This document shows, piece after piece, positions 1 to 11,831 of a stretch of 63,785 nt of DNA (positions within the stretch are counted from its first letter, which is position 1; every line of letters starts with the position of its first letter). Source of the stretch: Chara braunii (lineage: Eukaryota > Plantae > Charophyceae); the NCBI GenBank assembly GCA_003427395.1, contig BFEA01000029.1, positions 1,098,923-1,162,707 on the forward strand, written 5' to 3'. The notes beneath the pieces are model-generated. The model was not told where the DNA came from. It worked only from the letters and a program-made list of their open reading frames with translations, and did not search any database. Position numbers and translations under genes: made by a program.

Positions 1-1038
1 TTTCCCTACCACATCATCAAGCCGGCCAGGGATTGACTACCTTGCTGTCCTCAATGATCACCGGCTACAGGAGAAAGTGCTCCAACATCTGAGATTGGAA
101 GTCCTGCTGTGTTACCGAAAGCTGCTCAGTGTTAGACCCCAGTACAACCCAGCTAAATACAGCAAGAGGCAGATACAGTCTGCACTGAGTGCATTGCATT
201 GCATTGAACCATTCAGTTAGCAACATACACACCTCATACATGCCACACAAATGAATACGAGCCCATATAACAGTACTTAGGATTCGATACAGCACTAGGT
301 TTCACCACAATATTACTGACACTGCCCAAAGGTACTCACATATAGATACGGAGTATTACGGACAACCACTGGACCATATTTCCACAAAGATACACATTAC
401 ACACAAGATAGGTAAAAAAATGGACAAATGCTGCCAAATGCTGGGACTCAGTACAACATCACTGACAATGTTAATACAAGTGCAGACAGACATAGGTACA
501 ACTGTACTATATACCTACAAATACACACAGTACACACTACACATGTATGAAAAAACCCTATGAATCCTGTGAATTCTGTAAATTTGGGACGCTGGGCCCG
601 TTTCCCAGCTGGTGCTGCTCCCCACCAATAGATGGAGCCTTCCCCGGGCCAGCTTGAGACTCGGATGACTGCTCCTCCCTGCACCTCAAGCTGTCTCCGA
701 GGATGTTTAAAAAAAAAAAAAAGGATTTGAACTCAACAGTGGGGTGTGGCGCCCCTAATTCTCTACGCCGCTCTGCTCATCAGCAGTTTATAGGTAGACA
801 GTCAGGCACATGGCCTGGATTTTTTTTGTTTTTAATCAGAAAGATTTCAAAACTCTCAAAAAAAAAAAAAGAAAAAAAAAAGAAAGATTTCAAAATTCCA
901 AGCTAGCACGACGAACAATCCAAAGCCTTCAAACAACCCCAATAGCTAACCCACCTAACCGAAAACCGAAGCTCCCAGAAAGACTTCAAACAACCCCAAT
1001 AGACTCAGAAGAATCCCAGAAAGACTTAACAACATTCA

Positions 1039-2470
1039 CCAGGCGATACCTCCCTCTTGGCTTCATCTGCTACACAAGGGCATAGAGATTCCTAGTGCAG
1101 GGGTCTGGTGCAACAGGAAGGGGGTCACCGGTGGAATCCTTCAGATCACAGCGGACTTGGGGGAGGAGGGTTATGCAGCGGTAGAATGGAAAAAGCCACC
1201 TGACTTCGGGTTCAGGAAAGAGTTGGAGAGAGGGGAAAAAATGAGGATTGATCAGTTGAAGGACGTGGATGAAGTAGTGACGAGGGTGAGAGTACAGAGA
1301 GCACCTGCGGGTGGCACGTTGGTGCAGAAGGTAACCCTCCTGTTGGGCCTTACCCCCCTCCATGCTGCGTCTGTAGATGTAACAGGAATTGGCTGGTGGA
1401 GTGTCAAGGAGGCAAAAGTGACAGGTTTGGACCAGTATACCTCAAAAAAAGGAACAGAATTGCTGAGAGCGAAAGTGAAGAAGAAGCCGACAACAGAAAT
1501 TGAGAGGCGCAGAAAGAGCCAAGACCTGTTGAGCATACCTAAGGAAGAGCTGCAGTCGATGTTCAGACAGTGTAAAGCGATGCCAGCTCAAAGATTGGCC
1601 AGCATTCTGTGGCTCCAACTGTTTTTAGCAGCAGCAACAGCAGTAAACTTGATTAATAAAGGGATGGACATCCCGGCCAGCTGCACTCGGTGTGGGTGGT
1701 TTTGGGAGACGAATAGACACCTATGGTTGACATGTCCTGCCTCTAGACGAATATGGGACTGGTGGATATACCACTGGAACCGTATTACGAAGGGTGAATT
1801 TCTGTGGTCTGATGACTGGATTGTGTCCGGTATTCATAGGGCGTCTGACAAGCAGGAAAGTAACTGGCTATATGTTGCCCAGTCGACTAGAGCAATAATT
1901 ATGAAAGTGATATGGGATGACAGAAACAACCAGTTGTTTAAAAGACAGTTTACGTCCGATGTGGCTATTAAAAACAGGATAGCATCAGACATTAGAACGA
2001 CGATCCAGAGTGACTGGTACCGGAAATCCTTGAACAGTAAGGGAGAAAACTGCAGGAAATGGTTTTGTGACACGTGGGGGAGGGAGTCCAGACTAGCTAA
2101 ACTGAGCCCGTTAGGTAGGGCCCGTGTAGCGCCCTGGCTGCTCTCTCGCACGGGTCACAGGGAGCGTTTTAGCTCTCCACCATGATGTGGCAAGGTACTA
2201 GTTTTAGCAGGACATGTTCCAAAATCACTCTAGAGGTCAAGGATAAGGGCTGAGATGTTAGCTCCACCCGCTATTTTTCTTTTTCTTTGGGAGAGCTGCT
2301 TTTTTAAGCACAGGGCTTATGCTCCACTAGCCTACAGCTGGGTAAAGGCCCGAGCATGTTGTGTTGTATTGGCTCTATCCGGGTTGTTCTGTGGGGTGAT
2401 TCCCGGGCCCCTGTGCTTATTTGCAATACAAGGTGGAGACTGTTTTCCCAAAAATAAAAAATAAAAAAAA
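1039..2470 (+). mobile_element. 5'-truncated L1-like LINE (3' part of ORF2, 3' UTR, poly(A))
   Basis: ORF 1157-2185 carries the zf-RVT-type zinc motif CTRCGWFWETNRHLWLTC and a Trp-rich L1 C-terminus. The upstream QAIPPSWLHLL matches QAIPHSWKELL of the full-length LINE. A-rich tail at about 2449-2470. Confidence 0.85.
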
Positions 2471-2986
2471 TNNNNNNNNNNNNNNNNNNNNNNNNNNNNN
2501 NNNNNNNNNNNNAAGCTCCTAGTGGTCTCGCACGGGAACTTCGGACGCCAGGCCCGCACTAGGCCCGCACTATTCTACGCCTGCCTAAGCTCACCTCGCA
2601 GGACCTGACCCCCCCCCCTGAGCCAACTGGCTCAGTTCCTACATAACCTTCTTCCGGGTTATTTTTTTCCGCCGGTGACGGCCGTCATGTTCCCTCATGA
2701 TTTTCGGTTACGTTTCGTGTGTCCTAAGGGCCGACGTGTGGCGAAGCCCTATCTTCGGCTGTCGGGGCGAAACCGACAGGCAGTTACATGATGACGCACT
2801 TAGGATTGATCTCACGACCTCCTGCTTGCCACTTGTGCCCCTTACCCACCCCGCTAGGCAGACGACCCACTGCACAGTCTGCTCCGGGTATTTCTATTCG
2901 ATTGATCGATGGAGCTCACCCCAGTACGCACGAAATGCGCCATTCCCAGTACTCACCAAATGGGTGGATGGATACGGTCGCCATAG

Positions 2987-3188
2987 TTTTCGAACTTTTC
3001 ACATTTGGCGCCTGTTGCGGCTGGCGCCATATCCCATCGCCGTACGATTTCGCTTTTTCCCTTTTACATTCTTTTTCACGAATTTTGCTTTCGTTTTTCG
3101 AACTTTTCACATTAGTCGCCTGCTGCGGCTGGCGCCATATCCCATCGCCGTACGATTTCGCATTTTCCCTTTTACATTCTTTTTCACG
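2987..3188. repeat. Tandem duplication, about 108-bp period
   Basis: ttttcgaacttttcacat...gcggctggcgccatatcccatcgccgtacgatttcgc...ttttacattctttttcacg occurs twice. Confidence 0.9.
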
Positions 3189-4025
3189 ACCCCGCTTTTG
3201 TTTTGTCGTTTCCGTCCTTCGCGCACTCGTGGCCAAAGGTAATCATTTTGAAAACTGAGCGTCTTCGCGTGCTGGCGCCTACTCACCGAACGGTCGAAAT
3301 GGGGAACGAATTTCCCCACAGAAGGGGGGCAGGTACACGCGCCATATTTTTCTTGTCTCGTTTACATCTGGCGAGGGGTGCGGCCAGTCCATGCTCGATG
3401 ACGGCGGAGGCAGCAGACACTCTTTTGCTGATTGCCGAGGCTAGGGGACGCACACCTGCCACACATTCGCAGTCGCACAGTGGCGCTCCTTGAACTCCCG
3501 GTCATTACTGCCCTACCACCAGCTCAATTACTCGCAGAATGTACAACATGAGAATGAATCTTCCCCTAGAACGTGGGCAGAAACATCTCCATATTGTTTT
3601 GTCTTTTGTGCATGCATGTCGTGAGTTACTGGCGCAAGGCCCTATGGCTGTGCCCTTTTTTTTAAGACTCAAAGGTATGATGACCAGGCGTTCTATTCGG
3701 GGCCAAGCCCCCACCTGCGCAAATTAGGAGTTTTCGGCCGTCGATCTTCGCTATCTACGGTCAGTATCTCTTAATTCGTGCAAGTGGGACCTAGCCCCCG
3801 GGGGAAGACAGCAGGACTGGCTAAGGCGACGCTTTTTTTTTTTGGGGGGGGTGGGGGCTAAGGCGACGCTATAGATCTGCGTAGGGAAAAGAAAAGACGA
3901 TAAAAAAAAAAACCTGCTCATAATTGGTTGGAGACATGCTTTTGCCCTTCGACAACCATATGTGAGGGTGCCAAGGGAGACCCTCCTCTTCTCATCCATG
4001 CGACGGGGCATGCAAATCTCCTCTG

Positions 4026-4198
4026 GGGCGAGGTCCCACTACGGTAGCAAAGAGGATTGGATAAATGCCCTGAATGTGGACGTGTTTTAAGCAGAGATGC
4101 AGAAAAAAGCAGTTCAATCTCGATTTTGTGCACCTTTCCACAGAGGAGTCCAGATTCAGGCTTTCTATCCAATCCTCTTTGCAAGTGGGACCTTGCCC
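4026..4198. mobile_element. MITE family B (PIF/Harbinger-like termini GGGCRAGGTCCCACT)
   Basis: Inverted termini gggcgaggtcccact..gcaaagaggattggata / tatccaatcctctttgcaagtgggaccttgccc. Related copies at 9990-10160 and 15928-16097. Confidence 0.75.
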
Positions 4199-4759
4199 TT
4201 GGATTGGAAAAAAAAAAAAAAAAAAAGCGAAATCTTTTTTTTTTTTTTTTTTTTTAAAGGACGATGGCCTTGAGGTATTATCGTCGGACTAACCAGCCCA
4301 GGTAAATTCAATCTTGTGTCTAATCTGACAACGGTGGCCTTTTCAGCCCAGGGTGGCCTGATAGCCTTAGGGTGGCCTGACAGGCTTCAGGGATCCCCAA
4401 CTGGGGGGGCACCGGCCAGGGGACAGCGGGTAGCAGAGGGACCGAGCATCATCTGAGTGGCCAGTCGCTGTGCCTCCCTGAGTACCCCTCCCCCTATGAA
4501 CATCAGCAGAGACTGCTTTTTAATGCCAATTGGGGGGTGTCGTTCTCGAAAGCCATTCCCTCAGGGCATACTCACACGAGCTCGATGTGAAATGTATCTG
4601 ACCGCATGTACGGCCATACCTGTATGCATCTGGTTTTTTTTTTTTTTTATAGCTTCTCTTAATTTCACCTCACACTACCTACCTACCACTACTCCTAACT
4701 GTAGGCATACGGGGAACCCCGTAGCAGCCAGAACCTGTGTTCACCAGAGAACATGAGGG

Positions 4760-5040
4760 GGCTGCTCCTGACCTGCAGGTGGGCGACACCGCCTAGGGGA
4801 CAGCAGGTAGCATCAGGGACCATTCCAACAGGACCAATCCCTGTGCCTCCCCTCAGGTGGTGGTCCCCCCTCCCCTAGAACATCAACAGACTCTCCTTAA
4901 TGCCGATCGGGGGATCCAGTGGTCCATCTCTAGGTGGCGGGTGCCAAGCATGCCCAGGAAGGTACATGAGGCCAATGGGGATTGAACCCACGACCTCCTG
5001 AACGCCACTTGTGAGCCTTACCAACTGAGTTAGGCCGCTG
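4760..5040 (-). mobile_element. tRNA-derived SINE
   Basis: Minus-strand head 4968-5040 has Pol III A box (TAACTCAGTTGG) and B box (GGTTCAATCCC). The body sequence is repeated at about 4415-4540. Confidence 0.6.
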
Positions 5041-5154
5041 CATTTTTTTTTTTTTTTGCGTAAACCAACCTCAGCGTACTAGGCAGGGCGGTACGAGCAC
5101 CACCCCCCAGTGCTTTTTTCGTTTCGACAGCGGTGTGGCGAGGCCCTAAGCAAG

Positions 5155-5245
5155 GGGCGTTTGGGATTGTGGCTCAAATGGTAAAGTCTTCAGGTTACAC
5201 GTCATAGACTCATAGATCAAGGGTTCGAGTCTGGCTTGGGAATTT
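5155..5245 (+). mobile_element. tRNA-like SINE head
   Basis: A box TGGCTCAAATGG and B box GGTTCGAGTC without a complete cloverleaf. Confidence 0.45.
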
Positions 5246-6381
5246 GGGGGCGGTTCTTGTCCAGCTTGGCCTGTCATCTCTTCAAACGAACATATACTTC
5301 CCTCGACATAGTACCGCACATATCTGGCCTTCAGGTACATACATTTCGCTATACAGTTACACAGAGCACACATAGCCTTCCGGCAGACACAAAAAACATG
5401 GCCCTATAGGCTCATACAAACATACATAGCCTCTGGGCACACACACATACACACAACCACAATACTGGGCTCGGGGGGGTCTATCAGGTATACATGGCGT
5501 CTACTCACGCATGGCTTAGCTCTAGGGTAGGGTAGGGATGTAAGTCGCTCTTGCTAGTCTGAGTTCCACCTAGCCTTGGGTAAGCTAGGGGAAGGACGGA
5601 TGTGTCCGCGGGCGCTGGCCTGCCTTGCTTAGGTAATCCTGCTAGGTAGACTCTCTGAATTGGGCCTGTAGAAGATTGCATGAACCTGGCTTCCGAAGTT
5701 CCCGTAAGGCAAGGTTCGTCGGCTTCCGCTTCCACTAGGGCTGGGAGGTCGGCCCAGCCGTGGTGCTTGTCACTGCTGTCTGGTCCCAGTTGCCCTTGAT
5801 ACTGGTAGGGTGATGGTCCTGAGTGCTGGTCACACTGAGGTAGGATAGTAGGGACAGGGGGTGCGCTGGGAGTATTAACGTGGGGATGGGTAGGGTAGGT
5901 GGCCTATCCTGTCAGGACAACCATTGGCTGCCGCTACCAGCAATCACGGTGGGTCTGGTACTTGGCCTCTACAAGACCTTGGGCTTTTAAAAAGAAAAGA
6001 AAAGAAAAAGAAAAAGAAAAAAGAAGGAAAAAAAAAGGGAAAAAAAAAGAAAAAGAAAAAAGAAGGAAAAAAAAAGGAAAAAAAAAAGAAGGTGCCAGTG
6101 TGAGGATGCCCTCATATTTTTCTCGAAACAAGAAGCCCCTACGAGCGCCCTGCGGTCGGCAACATCCCGGCTCCCCCGTCCCCGACAGTTATTCGACTGG
6201 TAGTCGGTCATCCTCCCAGATCAGGATGGGACACGATACCGACTCCCGATCCCGTCCATACTGCTGGCTCATCAAGCTTGTGTGGCTTTGCACCTCTCAT
6301 CAACCTTCTGTCGCTCTTCCTCTCATCATTACACACGTATCGAGAGGAGAGGCACCCACTCACTGCGTCATGTCATCGCGT

Positions 6382-6424
<43 letters not shown>

Positions 6425-6756
6425 GGGGCTGCTTGATGGCCTGGACGTTGCATGTGGGGTGAGAGGTCCAGTTCGCTCACGGTTGCCTCCGTCTCATCGA
6501 GATCCCTCCCTTTCACCGCCGAGGGGGGGCCCATAAATTGCACTCTCCGGCAAGGGCAGTCCACCCGCGGCCTGGAGCCCATCAGCCCAGACTCGAGATC
6601 CGTGGCGCAGCAGACACTTGAGGTTCCTGTTCGTTGTGTTTCGTGGCGAAGTCGATCGAGGCGGAGCACTTCGAATTCCATCCATCGTAGACCGAGATCT
6701 GTTGGGACTGCAGCTTGTCACACAAGGGAGAGCGCACACACACACACACACAGACT

Positions 6757-6835
<79 letters not shown>

Positions 6836-7447
6836 GGGGAGGCTTGAGCCGTTACTTCATTCCTTTGTTTAGGACCAGGAGACGTACAGAGTCTGGCTAT
6901 GGAGGAAGCTAGGGTACATATGCGTCTGCGATGATTTACTCGACGTTCCTGCTCGCAAACTCTGTTTTTTTCTTTCCCGATCATTTCCAGAGACAGATTC
7001 GGACTCGTGTGAGCTTGTCACACCGTCTCTAAATAATTTCCGTCACTATTCTTGTTCCTCCCCCACAGACTGTCTTAGACTAAAAGATTGCCTCACACTG
7101 CTCACAGACAGAGTAAACGTACTAATCGATAACATCAGAATCAGGGAGTCGCCCGTTGGAGTTGGAGTGGATTGCCAGGAAGAGGAAGAAGAGGCGGTGA
7201 TCATTTCTCCGTACATCCATCTTCATCATCTGTTGTTGATTCTCATTCCGGCTATCTGTTTCCCAACCGGCAGACGGGAAATTGTAGGTTCGACAAGAGT
7301 CGTTAGCAGAGCTTTTGTTTTTTTTTTGGGTTTATTCCTAAATTATTAGACCCAGAGGGTCCGACAAGAAGTCTGGTGTCAGCTATAGCGGGCACAGGCC
7401 AGGCAGTGTCAGTGTGTTTAGGCGGTTAACTTGGTTGTCCTTGAAAC

Positions 7448-7600
7448 ATGAAGGTGGAAGAGCTTAGCGGGGTGGGGCCGGTGAATGCGGTCAAACTCCG
7501 GCAGGCAGCACAAATCACGACGCCGTCGGAGCTGCTCGACAGATGTGCAACGATCCGCGGAAGGCGGGACATTAAGGAGAGGACTGGTATCAAGAAGAAG
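7448..7600 (+). CDS. DUF4332-family helix-hairpin-helix protein, exon 1 (51 aa)
   Basis: ATG at 7448; MKVEELSGVGPVNAVKLRQAAQITTPSELLDRCATIRGRRDIKERTGIKKK contains the HhH motif (L-x-GVGP). Phase-0 donor AAG/GTGGGT at 7601. Confidence 0.85.
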
Positions 7601-7660
7601 GTGGGTGTGATATGTGCCTTTGCCTGCTCTTATCCCCGTTGTCTTTGAGTCTTCCCTTTT

Positions 7661-7740
<80 letters not shown>

Positions 7741-9602
7741 NNNNNNNNNNNNNNNNNNNNNNNNNNNNNNNNNNNNNNNNNNNNNNNNNNNNNNNNNNNN
7801 NNNNNNNNNNNNNNNNNNNNNNNNNNNNNNNNNNNNNNNNNNNNNNNNNNNNNNNNNNNNNNNNNNNNNNNNNNNNNNNNNNNNNNNNNNNNNNNNNNNN
7901 NNNNNNNNNNNNNNNNNNNNNNNNNNNNNNNNNNNNNNNNNNNNNNNNNNNNNNNNNNNNNNNNNNNNNNNNNNNNNNNNNNNNNNNNNNNNNNNNNNNN
8001 NNNNNTCTCTCTCTCTGTGTGTGTGTGTGTCTGTGCTCCTTGAGCAAAATGTGACTTGGCGTGCAACTTAAGACATCTTGAATCCCGATTCCTCTGTGTC
8101 CCCTGACTCCCCTCTGCTTTCCTTTGCTCATCCCGATTCCCCTGACTCCCCTCTGCTTTCCTTTGCTCATCCTCCCAGCCGTGCCACGCGCAGCTGCCTG
8201 CGAGGCTGCGAGCGCGCGCGCATCCACGCCCCCAAGCTCTCACGCACACATGCTCTTTCACATGCCACTGCTCACAGGCAGTTACTCTTGGTGATTGTCT
8301 GATATTGATTGCTGTCTTCCTCGGCCCACTTCCTCTGCCCACTTCCTCTGCCGAATCTTCCCCGAAGTTGATCTCTGCTGATCAGCATTCAGGCGTAGGC
8401 GTGACTTGTGATTCCATGTCTGAGAGCAAATGCCCATAGACACTGACAGACGTAATATGTTTTTTTTTCATTTTCAACTTATTTAAAGGGGGTTGCAAGT
8501 CGGGTAGTTTCATATGTAGTCCCGCTCTGTTCACCGGATCCTGCACTACGTATCTCCGCTACAATAGAGCTCTCTCCATTCTATTTTCATCACGGATCAG
8601 AATTCTGAGTTTCTTTTGATTATTATTTAATTATTATGATTATTTCACATCCTTGTTGCAGGTCACCATTCCTAAGAGCATGATAAAAGAGCGCATCCTC
8701 TCGGAATAGAGAGCCTTTTTTTTATAGAGTCTGCCATGACAGAATCGGATAGCTCTGCTCTATTTGCGCAAAATCAGACTATGGCCGTACGAACATTACC
8801 ACTACTACTACCTGACCGCATTTACGGCCGCACCTGGATGCATGTGGCCGCATTTCCGTCCCGAAGTAAGGCAAAAAGGCCTGGTGTGAGTATGCCCTAA
8901 GTCTTCTCGATTCTCCGCGATCCGAACCCCGGAGCCCAAGTCCCACTGACACGGATTCTTCATTCCCGGCCGTTGATCTTCGCGATCCACGGTCAGAAAT
9001 GAACAGTCCCGGTAAATGGGACTCGATACACGGTCCACTGTCCCATCGTAATTCAGTCAGTCCCCATGTGGCTTCTCTTTTTTCTTTTTTCTTTTTTCTT
9101 TTAACATCCAGTACGGGGGCACCTATATCTTCTTCTTCTTCTTTCTTTTTTTTTTTTTTTTTCCGAAGTGCCGTCCTCTCTTGATGGGTCCGATCGAATC
9201 GTAAGGAGCGGCACGTGCGGGGGACAGGGCCCAGTGTCACTTTACCCTGCTTATCAGTATCAGAGCATACTCAGACTTGGACTTTTTCCTTTTCTGTATA
9301 TGGACGTAATTGCAGTCAGATTGCATCGGCGATCAGGGGTGGGGCAGGGGGTTGTTAGGGAGAAGTAGGGTGAGGGATAGGGGATCGCAGAAAAGGGGGA
9401 ATGTTGAAAATTTAATGTCAACGGGGTTTATATGAAGGGCACACGCTATCACATTTGGTTTTTTTCCGTGTTTTTCCGTGCTATAATTATTGTTATATTA
9501 AACTGAGCCGAACAGATACTACACTTGATCTTAGCCAAAAGGTCGAGAAAGGTATTTTTTCCGTGTTTTTCGTTTGCTTATGGTTTGACTTTCATATCTC
9601 AA

Positions 9603-9780
9603 GGGCATTGCCGCACGGCACACGAAACGAGAAGCGAAACGAGTGCATCTTCTCAAAGAAAATGATCAGGTTCATCTGTTTGCTATAAGTAGTACGGAGT
9701 GATTTTCGCCACCTTTCGTGGGCATATGCACTCAGATGCACTCGTTTGGTTTTCGTTTCGTCTGCCCTGTAGATAGGCCC
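9603..9780. mobile_element. MITE-like inverted-repeat element in intron
   Basis: gggc..cacggcacacgaaacgagaagcgaaacgagtgcatc / gatgcactcgtttggttttcgtttcgtctgccc..gccc inverted arms. Confidence 0.55.
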
Positions 9781-9989
9781 CAAGGGCTGGTAAAGTAGTT
9801 TTGCGTTTTCCAGTCTGATACCCAAGATAGGACGCTGGACCTGCTTTCCAGCAGTCCGGGTTGATTTTTTATTTATTTATTTTTTAATATCCAGTCCGGG
9901 TTGAATTGTGAGGTCCCCGGCGCAGTGAGTTCTTTTTTTGGCATTTGAGCCTGCGCAACAGGACAGAGTTGCCTTCATTGGTGTACCTT

Positions 9990-10160
9990 GGGCGAGATCC
10001 CACTTAAGGTAGCACAGAGGGTTGGTTTTAGCGCCAGAATTTGGGCGTTTTTGAGGACAGATGCAGAAAACCGTCATTGATCTGCGTTTCTGCATCTCCA
10101 CTTAGAACCCATCTAGATTCAGGTTCCGATCCACTTTTTGCTACTAGTGCGCCTTCGCCC
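9990..10160. mobile_element. MITE family B copy
   Basis: gggcgagatcccact..tagca / tgctactagtgcgccttcgccc; interior similar to 4026-4198. Confidence 0.6.
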
Positions 10161-10204
10161 CTTGTCTTCTCTGTGTTCCCATGCATATCTAACCTGCAGT
10201 CCTC

Positions 10205-10320
10205 CTCAGAGTCTTCTCAACTCTTGTTTCCAGATTATTGGGGTACTCACACTAGCTGTATCTCAGAGTCTTCTCAACTCTTGTTTCCAGATTATTGGGG
10301 TACTCACACTAGCTGTATCT
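10205..10320. repeat. 57-bp tandem duplication
   Basis: ctcagagtcttctcaactcttgtttccagattattggggtactcacactagctgtat occurs twice. Confidence 0.9.
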
Positions 10321-10436
10321 CTTATGTATCTGACCGCATTTATGGCCTGTCGTGGAGGCATCTGACTGCAATTACGGCCAGATCTCGATGCATCTGACCG
10401 CAGTATGTAAAAAAATCCTAGTGTGAATGAATGCCC
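10297..10436. mobile_element. MITE family A (Harbinger-like TIR GGGCATACTCACACTAG)
   Basis: ggggtactcacactag ... ctagtgtgaatgaatgccc. Internal atctgaccgca/tacggcc motifs are shared with copies or fragments at about 4563, 8810-8897, 13804-13934 and 63114. Confidence 0.65.
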
Positions 10437-10812
10437 TCAGCTGGTACACCCATGAACTGGACTCACAGTAGCACCTTCCAAAATGCATCTGGCTGCAATT
10501 ACGGCCAGATCTCGATGCATCTAACCTGAGTTCGAATTCCAATGGAGGCAGATGAGTGAAGATAACTATGAATTTACCTGGGGTCGGTCAAAGCCTCAAA
10601 GGTGATATCTTTTTTGCTTTTTTCTTCTCTCAAATTACCCTTTCTCTACCTGCTTACCACTGCTCCTTAGGCAAGCATAGCTACCTCGCAATGAAGGGAT
10701 TGAAACGTTGCTCTTTGGCCCTTGTGGCTTTGGGGTGCATGGTCCGGACCGCCGGTGTGGACCTCCTTATCACAAAGATCGAGCGTTTTTTTTTTTTTTT
10801 TTTTTTAATAAT

Positions 10813-10908
10813 AAATTTGGACCATTTCTCGATTTATGCGTGTCATCCTTGCGCAGGGGCCATGCTAATCTTCATTCTCTGTATTGTTCCAATTTTAACG
10901 GATGTCCC
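10813..10908 (-). pseudogene. U6: Processed U6 snRNA pseudogene
   Basis: Reverse complement reads GGGACATCCGTTAAAATTGGAACAATACAGAGAATGAAGATTAGCATGGCCCCTGCGCAAGGATGACACGCATAAATCGAGAAATGGTCCAAATTT: plant-type U6, 5'-truncated, with a 4-nt insertion after the ACAGAGA box. Poly(A) tail (T run 10786-10806) and 16-bp TSD aaagatcgagcgtttt (10774-10789 / 10910-10925). Confidence 0.95.
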
Positions 10909-11452
10909 AAAAGATCGAGCGTTTTGCTAGTTGCTGGGCCTCCCTGTTCAAGTTCATCGTCCCTCACCCCCATAAAGTACAAACAGGCTACAGCAGTGTA
11001 CACTATCCCACACACCACATCTCAAGGCTGTCGCTCTTTTGTGAAAGACACGAACAAAAAACGCATACAAATGATAGAATGGAAATGAACCAAAAAATTG
11101 AAACAGGAAAAAAAAAAAAAAAAAAAAAAAAACAGGCCCGGTCGGCCTCCAGCCTTCAACACACTGATGAAATTACAATCCAACAGCTCATGGCAGCTGC
11201 TGTTCTCCCCAAATGCGCAAAAGGGAGAATGTAATGTATCTTCCGCTAGAAAGCGGAAAGATAGACGTGCCATTGTGTGTGCTTGGTGTTCGAGGGAACA
11301 CCGTCCAAGGTTTTGTGCTTGACTTCATTGGAAAAAAAAAAAAAAAAAAAAAAAAAGTGTCATCGAAGGTGCTCTCAAAGGGAGGCTGACGTATGGGTAA
11401 TAACGAGTGTTTGCTTTCTTTTGTGTCCAACCGTGCCGTTGCTGCGTTGCAG

Positions 11453-11722
11453 GTGCTGCTCGATTGGGTGAAAACCGCTGATCTGTTCAGGATCAAGGGC
11501 CTAGGCCCACACTTCTCGGAGCTCCTGAAACAGACCGGCGTGAGCACTGTGCGCGAGCTGCGATACAGAGAGGGGAACGAGTTGCTGCAGAAAATGAAGG
11601 CCCTGAATGAGGAGAGGCGTGTCACAAGGAGGCAACCCACACTCGACCTGGTTAGGCACTGGATCGATCAATCCAGGAGACTTGTGGATGTTGTGGAATT
11701 TCCCTCCAACTTCTGCAAGTGA
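11453..11722 (+). CDS. DUF4332-family protein, exon 2 (89 aa + stop); spliced product 140 aa
   Basis: Acceptor TTGCAG/ ending at 11452 with a pyrimidine tract and a CTGAC branch-like site upstream. VLLDWVKTADLFRIKGLGPHFSELLKQTGVSTVRELRYR...RRQPTLDLVRHWIDQSR matches the DUF4332 consensus W-x3-ADL-x-RI-x-G-x-G...GV-x-TV-x-EL...R-x-P-x4-V-x2-WI-x-QA. Confidence 0.88.
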   Translation: MLLDWVKTADLFRIKGLGPHFSELLKQTGVSTVRELRYREGNELLQKMKALNEERRVTRRQPTLDLVRHWIDQSRRLVDVVEFPSNFCK

Positions 11723-11783
11723 TATCAACATTTGGAGCTGGAAATGCAAACCCAGTTAACTTATGAATAGGATCATGCATGGG

Positions 11784-11831
<48 letters not shown>

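Noticed and set aside
775-790. Other CTGATGA cores (778 minus, 11948, 52427 minus, 61897 minus)
   Set aside because: No stem II followed by GAAA and an NUH site.
4968-5040. Functional tRNA gene
   Set aside because: A and B boxes are present but acceptor and anticodon stems are poor; better explained as a SINE head.
6373-8342. Long ORFs with ER/SL/HT repeats or spanning N gaps (also 14.6-15.5, 28.1-29.5, 50.0-51.3, 60.7-61.5 kb)
   Set aside because: Products of microsatellites and assembly gaps.
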